From the NCBI GenBank assembly GCA_963718235.1, contig CAVQYR010000002.1, positions 448,001-512,000 on the forward strand: a stretch of DNA of 64,000 nucleotides. Direction: 5' to 3'. Shown here piece after piece: positions 48,072-57,431 of the stretch (position 1 is the first letter of the stretch; every line of letters starts with the position of its first letter). The stretch comes from an uncultured Actinomycetota bacterium (GTDB lineage Bacteria; Actinomycetota; Actinomycetes; JAHEKZ01). The notes below the pieces were generated by a model. That model was not told the origin of the DNA and did no database searches. It saw only the letters and a program-made list of their open reading frames with translations. The position numbers were made by a program, and so were the translations under genes.

Positions 48072-48751
48072 AGCTCAAGACTGGTCTGGACGGCACCTCT
48101 CGGATTCACAAGACGGACACGCGCGGCAACCTGTTCTGCGGGTTGGGCGCCTTCGTCGGCATCGGGCCGTTGCAGCGCGCACATGTCTACTCGGCGCCCG
48201 GTATCCCCGTGGACCCTGACGCCCACACGAAGATCGATCCGGTGAAGTTGGCCGTCGAGCTCGAGGTGGACATGTGCGCCGTGAACAGCGGGCGGCACTG
48301 GATGATGGACGAGTTCACCTTGTCTGCCGGCGAGATCCAGGACTTCCACGGTGTCGAGATGGTCTGGGCCGGCGACATGACCGGCGCGGAGATGATCTCC
48401 CAGTTCTCCTCCGCGTACAGCCCCTCCCTGATCTACCGCAACACCGACTGGGTCTGGCACGCGGGCAAGCCCGTGTACCTGCTGCGCGAGCCGAACGGGA
48501 CCGTGTGGGTCCTGCAGGAGTACGGCAACGAGGTCGACGAGACGTTGACGGCCGACAACCTCGAACGGCTGGGTGGCATGTACCAGAACCTGCCCGAGGG
48601 CTGGACCTTCGAGACCAAGATCCTGGACGAGGAGCTCTCGCTCGACACCTCCCGGGCAGGCGGCTGGGCTGCGATCGTGCGTGACGAGTTCGGCTGCACC
48701 TTCCAGGCCTGTGGCTACGGTGCGGACACCAGCGCGAACTTCATCCCCTGA
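48068..48751 (+). CDS. Conserved hypothetical protein
   Basis: GAGGAG SD, ATGA overlap, strong codon bias; NSGRHWMMD, GKPVYLLREPNG..VLQ, LPEGWTF. Confidence 0.8.
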   Translation: MKLKTGLDGTSRIHKTDTRGNLFCGLGAFVGIGPLQRAHVYSAPGIPVDPDAHTKIDPVKLAVELEVDMCAVNSGRHWMMDEFTLSAGEIQDFHGVEMVWAGDMTGAEMISQFSSAYSPSLIYRNTDWVWHAGKPVYLLREPNGTVWVLQEYGNEVDETLTADNLERLGGMYQNLPEGWTFETKILDEELSLDTSRAGGWAAIVRDEFGCTFQACGYGADTSANFIP

Positions 48752-48771
48752 CTCAAGTCCCCAAGGAGGAC

Positions 48772-49338
48772 ATGATGGCCACTCCGACCCATAACGGGCG
48801 CCCGATCGTCGAGCAACGTCAGACCAAGCTGGGGCTCTACGTCACGGCCAAGGAAGCCTACGACATGTGGCAGGAGGACCCTCAAGGCGTCAAGCTCCTC
48901 GACGTTCGCACGCCGGAGGAGTGGGTCTTCACCGGCCACGCGCCAATGGCCGCGTTGATCCCGTTCGCATTTATGGCCTACGTCTGGGACGAGGAGAAGC
49001 AGGGATTCACCTGGTCCCTGAACCCCGACTTCCTCGCTTCGGTCAAAGAGCGGTATAGGCCCGAGGACACGATTCTCGTCACGTGCAGGTCTGGTGGACG
49101 AGGGGCGATGGCGATCAACATGATGACGGCAGCCGGGTACACCAGGGCCTACAACATCCTGGATGGGATGGAGGGCAGCAGGGTCGACGACCTCGACAGC
49201 GTGTTCAACGGTATGCGCCGCAAGAACGGATGGGTCATGTCAGGTCTGCCCTGGACCTACGACCTCGACCCCGAGGTGATGGCGATCCCCGAGCGCGAGG
49301 AAGTGGGAGAGCTTCACCCGGGGAACGCTGAGGACTGA
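48772..49338 (+). CDS. Rhodanese-like protein
   Basis: LLDVRTPEEW..GH, TCRSGGR, YNILDGMEG, GW..SGLPW. Confidence 0.87.
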   Translation: MMATPTHNGRPIVEQRQTKLGLYVTAKEAYDMWQEDPQGVKLLDVRTPEEWVFTGHAPMAALIPFAFMAYVWDEEKQGFTWSLNPDFLASVKERYRPEDTILVTCRSGGRGAMAINMMTAAGYTRAYNILDGMEGSRVDDLDSVFNGMRRKNGWVMSGLPWTYDLDPEVMAIPEREEVGELHPGNAED

Positions 49339-49429
49339 AGGGCAAGCAGGCATAGGAGGTTCCCCGTCCGATCACTCCGGCGAGGGGACACCTCCGTCGG
49401 CCTCGAGGAGATGTGTCACCACGGACCCG

Positions 49430-50101
49430 ATGAGTTCTGCCACTCGCGCGAGCCTACGGACCCCACGGTCAGCAGGCGTCGCAGGCATCATCTTCTCGGT
49501 GTTGCTCGGCGCCGTGTTCTTGCTGATTCGACTCTCGGTTCCGTCGAGTGAGTCCGCGAGCGGCAGTTGGACGGCAGATCCCGACAGGCGGGAAGCGGTG
49601 TCCCTCGCGCTCAACCTGGTGCCGTTCGCCGGCATCGCCTTCCTCTGGTTCATCGGCGTCATCCGAGACCGGATCGGCGAGTTCGAGGACCGCTTCTTCG
49701 CCACGGTCTTCCTGGGCAGCGGCCTGCTGTTCATCGCCATGGTGTTCGCCGGTGCTGCCGTCGTCGGCGGACTCCTGGGCGACCCGTCGATCAGCGAGGG
49801 CGGTGTGCCGGACCCTGTGCTTTGGGACCATGAGCGACGGGTCACGGTCACTTTGATCAACAGCTATGCGGTCAGGATGGCGGCCATCTTCATCGTCTCG
49901 ACGACGACGATCGGGATGCGTACCGGGATCCTTCCCCGCTGGCTCATCGTAGCCGGGTTCATCGCCGGAGCAGTGCTCCTCGTCGGAGCCAACTTCAGCC
50001 CTTGGTTGAACCTCTTCCTGCCAATCTGGGCTTTGGTGCTGAGCATCGACATCTTGGTCAGAAGCGGCAAGATCGAGCGCACCCTGCCGCTGGAGCGCTG
50101 A
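49430..50101 (+). CDS. Multi-pass membrane protein of unknown function
   Basis: LRTPRSAGVAGI, PFAGIAFLWFIGVIRDRIG..EDRFFATVFLGSGLLF; about 6 TM helices. Confidence 0.82.
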   Translation: MSSATRASLRTPRSAGVAGIIFSVLLGAVFLLIRLSVPSSESASGSWTADPDRREAVSLALNLVPFAGIAFLWFIGVIRDRIGEFEDRFFATVFLGSGLLFIAMVFAGAAVVGGLLGDPSISEGGVPDPVLWDHERRVTVTLINSYAVRMAAIFIVSTTTIGMRTGILPRWLIVAGFIAGAVLLVGANFSPWLNLFLPIWALVLSIDILVRSGKIERTLPLER

Positions 50102-50207
50102 GTCATCGACCACGCGGAGCTCCGATCAGCATGTGGTTCTCCACGGTGTTCGCCGGTGAAGGGGAATTCGGTCGAGTGGTCACGAGAAGATCGGTGAGGG
50201 GAGTTCG

Positions 50208-51626
50208 GTGATGAGTGCACAGGACGCGAATGCGAGGGTCGTCCACCGCTCGCGGGCGGAGCGGGGGGCCGTGGGGAAGGCGGCGCGCAAGCGGGCGCCG
50301 TTGACGGATCACAGCCGGCTCGAGCTGGCTGGGTCACGGGACCCCGTGGGGCTGCTCCTTGGCCAGGCGCGGTCGCGGGTACCGGAGCTGGTGCCGCTGC
50401 GGCACGGCCGGATGTTGGTCTCGCCCTTCACCTTCTACCGAGGGGCGGCGCTGCCGATGGCAGCGGACCTGGCGGCCACTCCTTCGTCTGGGCTACGGGT
50501 GCAGCTGTGCGGTGACGCTCATCTGGCCAACTTCGGGGCATTCGCCTCGCCGGAGCGGCGGCTGGTCTTCGACGTGAACGACTTCGACGAGACCCTGCCC
50601 GGTCCGTTCGAGTGGGACGTCAAACGGCTGGTTGCCAGCCTTGCGGTGGCTGGACGGGCGAACGGTTTCACGGCGAAGGAACGGCGTGCGATCACCCTCG
50701 CCGGGGCGACCGGCTACCGCCAGGCGATTCGCGAGTTCGCCGAGCAGTCAGTGATGGCGGTGTGGTACGCCCACACCGACGTCGAGCAGGAGATCCGGCG
50801 CTTCCGCGCCGAGATCCCGAAAGCCCGGTTCAAGGCAGCCCAGAAGATGCTGGCCAAGGCGCACACCCGCGACAGCATGCAGGCCCTGAGCAAACTGACC
50901 GAGGAGAAGGACGGTCAACGTCGTTTTGTCGTCAACCCACCGCTCATCGTCCCTGTCGAGGACTTGTTCACCGAGTTCGACGCGGACACCATCTACCAGT
51001 TGGTGCACCAGGTGCTCCACGGCTACCAGAGAACACTGCAGTCAGACCGCCGCCACCTTCTCGAGCAGTTCGACCTGAAGCAGGTCGCCCGCAAGGTGGT
51101 CGGGGTCGGCAGCGTGGGTACGCGTGCCTATGCGCTGCTGCTGGAGACTGGCGACGGTATCGAACCGCTCTTCCTCCAGGCCAAGGAGGCGCAGGCCTCG
51201 GTGCTGGCTGACTACTGCGGGCGCAGCCAGTACCGGAACCAGGGCCAGCGGGTCGTGGCGGGGCAGCACCTGATGCAGGCTGCCAGCGACATCTTCCTCG
51301 GTTGGCGCCGGATCGCCGGCGATGACGGGGTGGCCCGGGACTTCTACATCCGCCAACTGCGCGACTGGAAGTTCTCCTTCCCGGTCGAGAAGATGATCCC
51401 CAAGGGAATGGCGATCTATGCCGGTCTCTGCGCCTGGACCCTGGCCCGTGCCCACGCCCGCTCCGGTGACCGGGTGGCGATCGCCGCCTATCTCGGCAAG
51501 TCGACCAAGTTCGACGAGGCGGTCGCCGACTTCGGAGAGCTGTACGCCGACCAGAACGAACGCGACTACGCGGCACTCGCCGACTCGGTCGCCTCCGGTC
51601 GCGCAGAGGCCACAACCGGACTCTGA
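50208..51626 (+). CDS. DUF2252 family kinase-like protein
   Basis: SPFTFYRGAA, GDAHLANFG, FDVNDFDE, KVVGVGSVG, LARAHARSGD. Confidence 0.92.
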   Translation: MMSAQDANARVVHRSRAERGAVGKAARKRAPLTDHSRLELAGSRDPVGLLLGQARSRVPELVPLRHGRMLVSPFTFYRGAALPMAADLAATPSSGLRVQLCGDAHLANFGAFASPERRLVFDVNDFDETLPGPFEWDVKRLVASLAVAGRANGFTAKERRAITLAGATGYRQAIREFAEQSVMAVWYAHTDVEQEIRRFRAEIPKARFKAAQKMLAKAHTRDSMQALSKLTEEKDGQRRFVVNPPLIVPVEDLFTEFDADTIYQLVHQVLHGYQRTLQSDRRHLLEQFDLKQVARKVVGVGSVGTRAYALLLETGDGIEPLFLQAKEAQASVLADYCGRSQYRNQGQRVVAGQHLMQAASDIFLGWRRIAGDDGVARDFYIRQLRDWKFSFPVEKMIPKGMAIYAGLCAWTLARAHARSGDRVAIAAYLGKSTKFDEAVADFGELYADQNERDYAALADSVASGRAEATTGL

Positions 51627-51645
51627 CGGACCCACCGAGTCAGAA

Positions 51646-51687
51646 TCAGGTCCTCCCAGACGTCGGGGGACGTCTGGGAGGACCTGA
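51646..51687. terminator. Bidirectional terminator-like hairpin
   Basis: TCAGGTCCTCCCAGACGTC-GGGG-GACGTCTGGGAGGACCTGA (19-bp stem) between convergent genes. Confidence 0.85.
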
Positions 51688-51695
51688 CCGACGAG

Positions 51696-51833
51696 CTAGC
51701 GGTCGCGACGGTCCTCGCGTCGGTCGCCACGGTCGTCGCGTCGGTCAGCCCTGCGGTTGTGGCCATGAGCAACGACGGCTGCTCCGCCGACCGCTGCGAT
51801 CCTCCTGCGCCTGCGTCGGTTTGCCATCGGCAT
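51696..51833 (-). CDS. 45-aa Arg/Asp-rich small protein
   Basis: AAGGAG SD; MPMANRRRRRRIAAVGGAAVVAHGHNRRADRRDDRGDRREDRRDR*; a paralogous fragment at 23794 with synonymous changes supports coding. Confidence 0.72.
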   Translation of the reverse strand: MPMANRRRRRRIAAVGGAAVVAHGHNRRADRRDDRGDRREDRRDR

Positions 51834-51834
51834 G

Positions 51835-52281
51835 TCAGGCTCCTTCCTCGGCGTCGGCCTCGATTGCCGCCAACACCGCCTGTGTCGGGATCCGTCCGGT
51901 GGCCACGAGCTGGCCGCCGGCCTTACGAACTGCGCTGCCGAACGGTGCGGCCCAGAGGTTCTCCCACACCACGACGGCGGCGGTGCTGCCCGGCTCAATG
52001 GTCTCAGCCAGGTCCAGCACGTCCTGTTCGCTGAGCACCATCGCTAGCTCAGCCTCTGTCATCCGGAGCTCTCCGAGTTCGCTGGGGTCCAGTTCGGAGA
52101 GCTCAACAACGTTCAACGTGCCGTCGGTGTCCTTCTGCAGCACCATCAGGTCGAGCACGCGCACCAGCCCACGGTCGACCAGGTCGACGAGGTGTGGTGC
52201 GATCTCTCCAGTTGGTTGTTTGCCGGGGAACTCGAGCACGAACCAGTCAACCGGTCCGAGTTCGTCGACGTTCATAGCCAT
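51835..52281 (-). CDS. DUF6325 family protein
   Basis: LGPVDWFVLEFPG, LVDRGLVRVLDL, VWENLWAAPF, GGQLVATGRIP. Confidence 0.85.
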   Translation of the reverse strand: MAMNVDELGPVDWFVLEFPGKQPTGEIAPHLVDLVDRGLVRVLDLMVLQKDTDGTLNVVELSELDPSELGELRMTEAELAMVLSEQDVLDLAETIEPGSTAAVVVWENLWAAPFGSAVRKAGGQLVATGRIPTQAVLAAIEADAEEGA

Positions 52282-52374
52282 TCGATCCTCCGATCTGGCG
52301 TACGGTCACCCGTCGCCATTGAGTGGTACCTGTACTGCGGGCCTCAGCGCCCGCACTCTTCCCCTGCCGCACCG

Positions 52375-53253
52375 TCAGAACAGCGTGGGAACGCTGCGGG
52401 GACCGAAGGCGGGCGCTACGTACCCGCGGGGGCGCGGCACGCGTGGCATCGTGATGTCTTCGTGATGGAGCGGCTCGTAAGGGACTTGACTCAGGAGGTG
52501 AGAGATGATGTTGAGCCGACCGCGCTTCTTCACTTCGTTGTTGACGACCCACCAAGGCGCCCAAGCCGTGTCGGTCGCGGCGAACATCGCGTCGCGAGCC
52601 CGGCAGTAGTCGTAGTGGCGACGATAGGACTTCAGGTCCGTCGGCGACAGCTTCCAGACCTTGCGCGGATCCTCGATCCGAGCTTCGAGCCTTCGAGCCT
52701 GCTCATGGACGCTCACGTTGAGCCAGTACTTGATCAGGATGATCCCGTTCTCGACCATCGCCCGTTCAAACGTAGGCGCCCCTTCGAGGAACTTCTGAGT
52801 CTCCTCCGGGGTGCAGTAGCCCATGACCGGTTCGACCCCAGCGCGGTTGTACCAACTGCGGTCGAAGATCGCGACTTCACCGGCCGACGGGAAGTGCGCC
52901 ATGTAGCGCTGGATGTACATCTGTGACTTCTCGCGCTCCGTCGGAGTGGGCAGTGCGATGTGCTTGAAGACCCGGGGGCTCGTGCGTTCGGTGATGCGCC
53001 TGATCGTGCCACCCTTGCCTGCTGAGTCCAGACCCTCGAAGACCACGCAGATTCGGGCGCCCGAGGCCTTGACCCACTCCTGCATGGCTACCAGCTCGCC
53101 CTGCAGGACCCGCATCTCCTTCTCGTACTCGCGGCGCTTCATCTTCTTGCGGCCCGACCCGGCATCCGTCCTAGTCGAAGCGGACGCCGGCAGGACCTCG
53201 TGCGAGCCCGGCGACTCGTGACCGCTCTTGTGCTTCTTGGCCTTCCGTCCCAT
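52375..53253 (-). CDS. ppk2: Polyphosphate kinase 2
   Basis: FEGLDSAGKGG, FDRSWYNRAGVE, WKLSPTD, APWW. Confidence 0.93.
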   Translation of the reverse strand: MGRKAKKHKSGHESPGSHEVLPASASTRTDAGSGRKKMKRREYEKEMRVLQGELVAMQEWVKASGARICVVFEGLDSAGKGGTIRRITERTSPRVFKHIALPTPTEREKSQMYIQRYMAHFPSAGEVAIFDRSWYNRAGVEPVMGYCTPEETQKFLEGAPTFERAMVENGIILIKYWLNVSVHEQARRLEARIEDPRKVWKLSPTDLKSYRRHYDYCRARDAMFAATDTAWAPWWVVNNEVKKRGRLNIISHLLSQVPYEPLHHEDITMPRVPRPRGYVAPAFGPRSVPTLF

Positions 53254-53314
53254 GAGCCACTCCCTGTCCCCGGATCGCCTACTGATCAGCCCGGCTGTCC
53301 GGTTCCCCTCAGGG

Positions 53315-53719
53315 TCAGTTGGGACCCGCGGTGATGTCACGTCCGTGGACGGTGAGGGCCCACATCACGAACACCGAGGTGGTGATGAGGATGACCCCCC
53401 ACACCGGGGCGAAGGGCAGCCAGGCAAAGCCGATGAGCATGCTGATGACAGCCAGGATCACGCCGACCGTGCGCGCCCACACTGCGCCTTGGAACAGGGC
53501 GAGCCCGGCGAAGAACACCACGATGCCGAGCAGGAGATGGATCCAACCCCAGGTGGTGACGCTGAACTGGAACACGTAGTTCTCCGTGGCGACGAACACG
53601 TCGTCCTTGAGGATCCCGGCGAAACCGATGATGGCCCACCACACGCCGAGAACGGTCATCATGACCCCGGCGAACATGGTCCATCCCACGGCCGCACTAC
53701 TGGGCTGTTGCTGGGACAT
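53315..53719 (-). CDS. DUF7144-like 4-TM membrane protein
   Basis: GWTMFAGVMM, TTWGWIHLLLG, WARTVG; AAGGAGGAG SD. Confidence 0.82.
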   Translation of the reverse strand: MSQQQPSSAAVGWTMFAGVMMTVLGVWWAIIGFAGILKDDVFVATENYVFQFSVTTWGWIHLLLGIVVFFAGLALFQGAVWARTVGVILAVISMLIGFAWLPFAPVWGVILITTSVFVMWALTVHGRDITAGPN

Positions 53720-53834
53720 TGCTCCTCCTTCGTGACGCAGGCATGGCTTGTCGCCACACCCATGCAGGCGACTCCGCTCGCCATCACCGACGCTAGCTGC
53801 ACCAGGTGGTCTCTCGGGGAGGGCTGACCCGGAA

Positions 53835-53846
53835 CCACCCGGGTGA
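53835..53846. promoter_or_regulatory. Palindromic operator candidate (site 4, 11/12 match)
   Basis: CCACCCGGGTGA; minus-strand TAGCGT at 53795-53790. Confidence 0.7.
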
Positions 53847-53909
53847 GGTTGGTCTCGGCACCCCTGAGGTGTATCGAAATGGGTGGGAGGTGGCCCTAGC
53901 CCATGCTGA

Positions 53910-54578
53910 TCACAGGACGTTCACGGCACGGGCGACCACCAGTGCCAGCAGGGTCAGGGAGATGGCTGACTCCAGCATCAGCCACAGTTTCGACCAGTGT
54001 CGCACTGCCGATACGTCTGCAGGGCTGAATGCGGTGCTCGTGTTGTATGACAGTGCGAGGTAGTCGACGAACTGGGGGTACCAGTCTCGCCGGACCCGCT
54101 CCGCGATGGCTTCCTCGGGGAATCGGAAGGCGGGCGCACTGCTCGTCGCCGGTCTGGCGCGAGCCGCAGGGCCACCGCGGTCGAGGTGCCAGTACCAGAG
54201 CGCAAAGGCGATGACGTTCGTGATCCACACCACAGCACCGACCCGCAGGAGCTGCCCTGGTGTGGTGAAGTCAGCGTTCTGCAAGATCCCAACGACCAGC
54301 CGTATGGTCGACAGTGACGTCGCCATGGTCATCACGGCGATCATGAGCCCCGTGGTGATACGCAGCCATCGGCTGTCTCGATCGATCCGTCCTGGGTCGC
54401 CGATGATCAAGACCACCAGCAGGGTCAGCAACAGCAGGGGATACGCGAATTGGAGGGTCTCGGAGACGCGGAACTGCTGGGGGATGAGGAAGTACAGACC
54501 TCCTGCGACGAGGACCGCAACCGCCATCGGGGTTCGTCGCTCGCCCTTCTGGGGGGCGTCTGCGTCAGGCTGAGTCAT
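53910..54578 (-). CDS. DUF1345-like membrane protein
   Basis: WITNVIAFALWYW..DRGGP, PQFVDYL, TAFSPAD, ARAVNVL; TAGAGT 6 nt before the ATG. Confidence 0.82.
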   Translation of the reverse strand: MTQPDADAPQKGERRTPMAVAVLVAGGLYFLIPQQFRVSETLQFAYPLLLLTLLVVLIIGDPGRIDRDSRWLRITTGLMIAVMTMATSLSTIRLVVGILQNADFTTPGQLLRVGAVVWITNVIAFALWYWHLDRGGPAARARPATSSAPAFRFPEEAIAERVRRDWYPQFVDYLALSYNTSTAFSPADVSAVRHWSKLWLMLESAISLTLLALVVARAVNVL

Positions 54579-54761
54579 GCACGGACTCTACGGACTGGGA
54601 GGTCGCGCTCCAGGGAACCGCCCACTCCAGGCTCCAGGATCCATAGCCCGCGACGCCGCACTGACACACTTCGGGCCAACGACGGCCGACCACCCTCGGC
54701 ACGCGGCATCCCCGCCCACGGCACGTTGCTAGCCTGGGCGGCACCTGGAAGGAGTGGTGAC

Positions 54762-56039
54762 ATGCGCCCACGCTTCACCGCGGTGCTCGCCCTGGTGTTC
54801 CTCTTGGCTGGCATGGCGTTGCTGATCGCCTCGGTGGTTGCCGAGTTCCCCCGCGGGTTGATTGTCGCAGTGCTGCTCGCGCTCGCTGTCCTGTGCGGAT
54901 GGCAGGGGTTGATCCGCCCGGGTCCTTCCCGCTGGGTCCTGTGGATCGCGGCAGTCTTGCTGCTTGTCGGCGCGGTGGCAACGGTGTTGGTCGACGGGAT
55001 CCGAGCGGGTGCGTTGGTAGGCCTGGTGCTTCTGGTGCTGGGTGTGGTGGTGAGCAAGCGGGCCTTTTCGGTCTCCCTCCATCTTCCGCCGGCACCTCGG
55101 CCCATGCGCGCGGTGGTGGTCTACAACGTCAAGTCCGGCGGCGGCAAGGCCCTGAGCAACCACCTGGCCGAGGAGGCGCGTAGGCGGGGGATCACGCCGC
55201 GTGAGTTCGAGCCAGGTGAGGACTGGGAGCAGGTGGTTCGCGACCTGGTGGCTGGAGGAGCGGACGGACTGATGGCGGCCGGAGGGGACGGCACCCAGGC
55301 CCTCGTCGCCACGATCGCCGCGGAGCACGATCTACCGTTCGCCTGCATACCGGCAGGCACCCGCAACCACTTCGCTCTCGACCTGGGGGTGGACCGCGAT
55401 GACGTGGTGGGCGCGCTGGACGCCTTCGTCGACGGCGGGGAGAAGCGGGTGGACTTGGGTGAGGTCGGCGGCCGCGTGTTCGTCAACAACGTGTCGTTCG
55501 GGTTGTATGCCGAGGCGGTGCAGAGACAGGGATATCGCGATGCGAAGATCCGCACCTTGCTCGACACCGTCCCAACGATGATGGGGCCCGGCGATGCCGG
55601 AGGCGGTCATTCGTTGTGCTGGATCGGCCCAGACGGCAGCCCGCAGTCGTCGGCGGCCGTGATCCTGGTGTCCAACAACGTGTACCGGCTGGGCAAGGCG
55701 ATCGGTTCCGGCGCCCGCCCTCACCTGGACGCCGGCGAGCTGGGAGTCGCCGTGATGGGGGCCCCGACCACGAGTGGTCATCGCCAGCCGCTGCAGCAGT
55801 GGACGACGCGGGAGTTCGTCATCGATTCCGACGGTGAGGTTCCGCTCGGGGTCGACGGTGAGGCGCTGATGATGCCAACCCCACTGACCATCCGGATCAG
55901 GCCAGGCGCGCTGCGCGTCCGCATTGCCCCGCAGCACCCCGGTGCCTCTCCGGCGTATGCGCAGCCCACCGGCTTTCGCGACGCGATCCGCCGACTGCTG
56001 CGCATCGCCGCCGGGGCCGACACTGCAGAACTCGGTTAG
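54762..56039 (+). CDS. Diacylglycerol kinase family lipid kinase with N-terminal TM helices
   Basis: NVKSGGGK, AGGDGT, PAGTRNHFALDLG, FVNNVSFG, VDGE. Confidence 0.88.
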   Translation: MRPRFTAVLALVFLLAGMALLIASVVAEFPRGLIVAVLLALAVLCGWQGLIRPGPSRWVLWIAAVLLLVGAVATVLVDGIRAGALVGLVLLVLGVVVSKRAFSVSLHLPPAPRPMRAVVVYNVKSGGGKALSNHLAEEARRRGITPREFEPGEDWEQVVRDLVAGGADGLMAAGGDGTQALVATIAAEHDLPFACIPAGTRNHFALDLGVDRDDVVGALDAFVDGGEKRVDLGEVGGRVFVNNVSFGLYAEAVQRQGYRDAKIRTLLDTVPTMMGPGDAGGGHSLCWIGPDGSPQSSAAVILVSNNVYRLGKAIGSGARPHLDAGELGVAVMGAPTTSGHRQPLQQWTTREFVIDSDGEVPLGVDGEALMMPTPLTIRIRPGALRVRIAPQHPGASPAYAQPTGFRDAIRRLLRIAAGADTAELG

Positions 56040-56162
56040 GTCCGAGGACTGCTGCTCGGCGACTCACCGAGAAGACGAGCGGGGGGCGTAGGCCGTCCTC
56101 TCCTGCTGACCCGTGCTGCTCGGCTTGACCTAAGGGCGGAAGCGATGCCCCGGGAGTGGGAG

Positions 56163-57287
56163 TCAACATCGGGTGCGTGGCCTGGTTGGAGGCTGGGTTC
56201 CCAGCGCGCGGGAGAGCACAGTGACGCGGTCCCGCGCCCCGGTCTTGGTGAAGATCGACTTGAGGTGGTCCTGGACGGTGTGCTCGGACAGCACCATCCG
56301 GCGTGCCATCGACCGGGTGTCAGCGCCCGTGGCGAGGAGACCGACCAGCTCGCCCTCACGAGGGGTCAGACCGAAGGCCCGCCCGAAGACCTCCAGACGC
56401 TCGGAGGGCGACGTCTCCTCGATCGTCACCACGATGCCGGCTGCTGAGTGCTCGGGTGCAGTCGGTCTCGGCTCGACGGGGGTGAACCTGGCTGCACGAA
56501 GCGTGAGCCAGAAGCCGTCGCGCAGGTGGGTACGGGTCGACGCCGGATGGCCGTCGACGCCGGCCTCGACGGCGAGGAGCTGCGCTGCGACGTTGTACAC
56601 GCTGGCCGGGATCGCGTGCGCTCCCTGTCCGCGCGGAAGCAGGACCTCCAGCCAGTGCTCGGACGCTGCCGTACGACTCGTGATCCGAAGGCTGTCATCC
56701 AGGGTCAAGACGACCGGACCGACACTCTCTCGATGCGGTTTCGCTGCGTCGACGAACGTCCGTGCCTGACACCCACGCAGCGCGGTCGTCAGGGCCGGTG
56801 CGAGGCTCGTGAGCAGCTGCACATCGGAGTCGTCGAACGGCTCTTTGTGATCCGACCGCCACAGGTCGAGGAACCCCCAGCAGCCGAACGGGTCGGAGAA
56901 GACCACCGAGGCCACGTCTTGGATCCCGTGCCGGTCCAACAGGTCGCGCCACTCACTGCGTCGTTCCGGGTCACTCTCGGATGCGGTGCTGAGCAGACCC
57001 ACGGGGGAAGGTCCACGCAACAGAACCGTCCAGCGGTTCTCCGTCGTGGCGTACTTGGCCCGGATGAGCAGGGCCAGCTTTGTGAGGGGGAGACCGGGAA
57101 CGTCGGCGAGCGGCGCGGCGCCAACGGAGGTCACCGGATCGGTCAGCACCCACACGTACCCGTCGAACTCCAAGGCCTCCGCGAGCACCCCGAGAAGAGC
57201 GCCGCGCAGGGCCACGGAGTCAAGCGACTGCCGGGCGAGGTCCTCGATCTGCGCGTGGGCTCGTCGGTGGGCCCAGGTGCTGGTCAC
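56163..57287 (-). CDS. GAF + LuxR-HTH transcriptional regulator
   Basis: LTDPVT, GCWGFLDLWR, GLTPRE..SEHTVQDHLKSIFTKTG; TACCCT before GTG 57287. Confidence 0.87.
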   Translation of the reverse strand: MTSTWAHRRAHAQIEDLARQSLDSVALRGALLGVLAEALEFDGYVWVLTDPVTSVGAAPLADVPGLPLTKLALLIRAKYATTENRWTVLLRGPSPVGLLSTASESDPERRSEWRDLLDRHGIQDVASVVFSDPFGCWGFLDLWRSDHKEPFDDSDVQLLTSLAPALTTALRGCQARTFVDAAKPHRESVGPVVLTLDDSLRITSRTAASEHWLEVLLPRGQGAHAIPASVYNVAAQLLAVEAGVDGHPASTRTHLRDGFWLTLRAARFTPVEPRPTAPEHSAAGIVVTIEETSPSERLEVFGRAFGLTPREGELVGLLATGADTRSMARRMVLSEHTVQDHLKSIFTKTGARDRVTVLSRALGTQPPTRPRTRC

Positions 57288-57346
57288 GGAGTCGAGGGTA
57301 CGGGCCACTCGGGACCGCCGGAGGGCTCGATGCGTGCAGGGGGAGC

Positions 57347-57360
57347 CCCAGGAATCTGGG
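57347..57360. promoter_or_regulatory. Operator candidate CCCAG-N4-CTGGG
   Basis: Inverted repeat between the divergent LuxR gene and the 57432 gene. Confidence 0.5.
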
Positions 57361-57431
57361 ATGTCGTGCACAACGGGCCACCACCTACCGTGGGTGCGTT
57401 CGTGGGACGTACGCGGCGAAGGGAGCGCTCA

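Noticed and set aside
49372-49383. TCACTCCGGCGA as a fifth regulon site
   Set aside because: Three mismatches and no -10-like hexamer at the 50-51 nt spacing.
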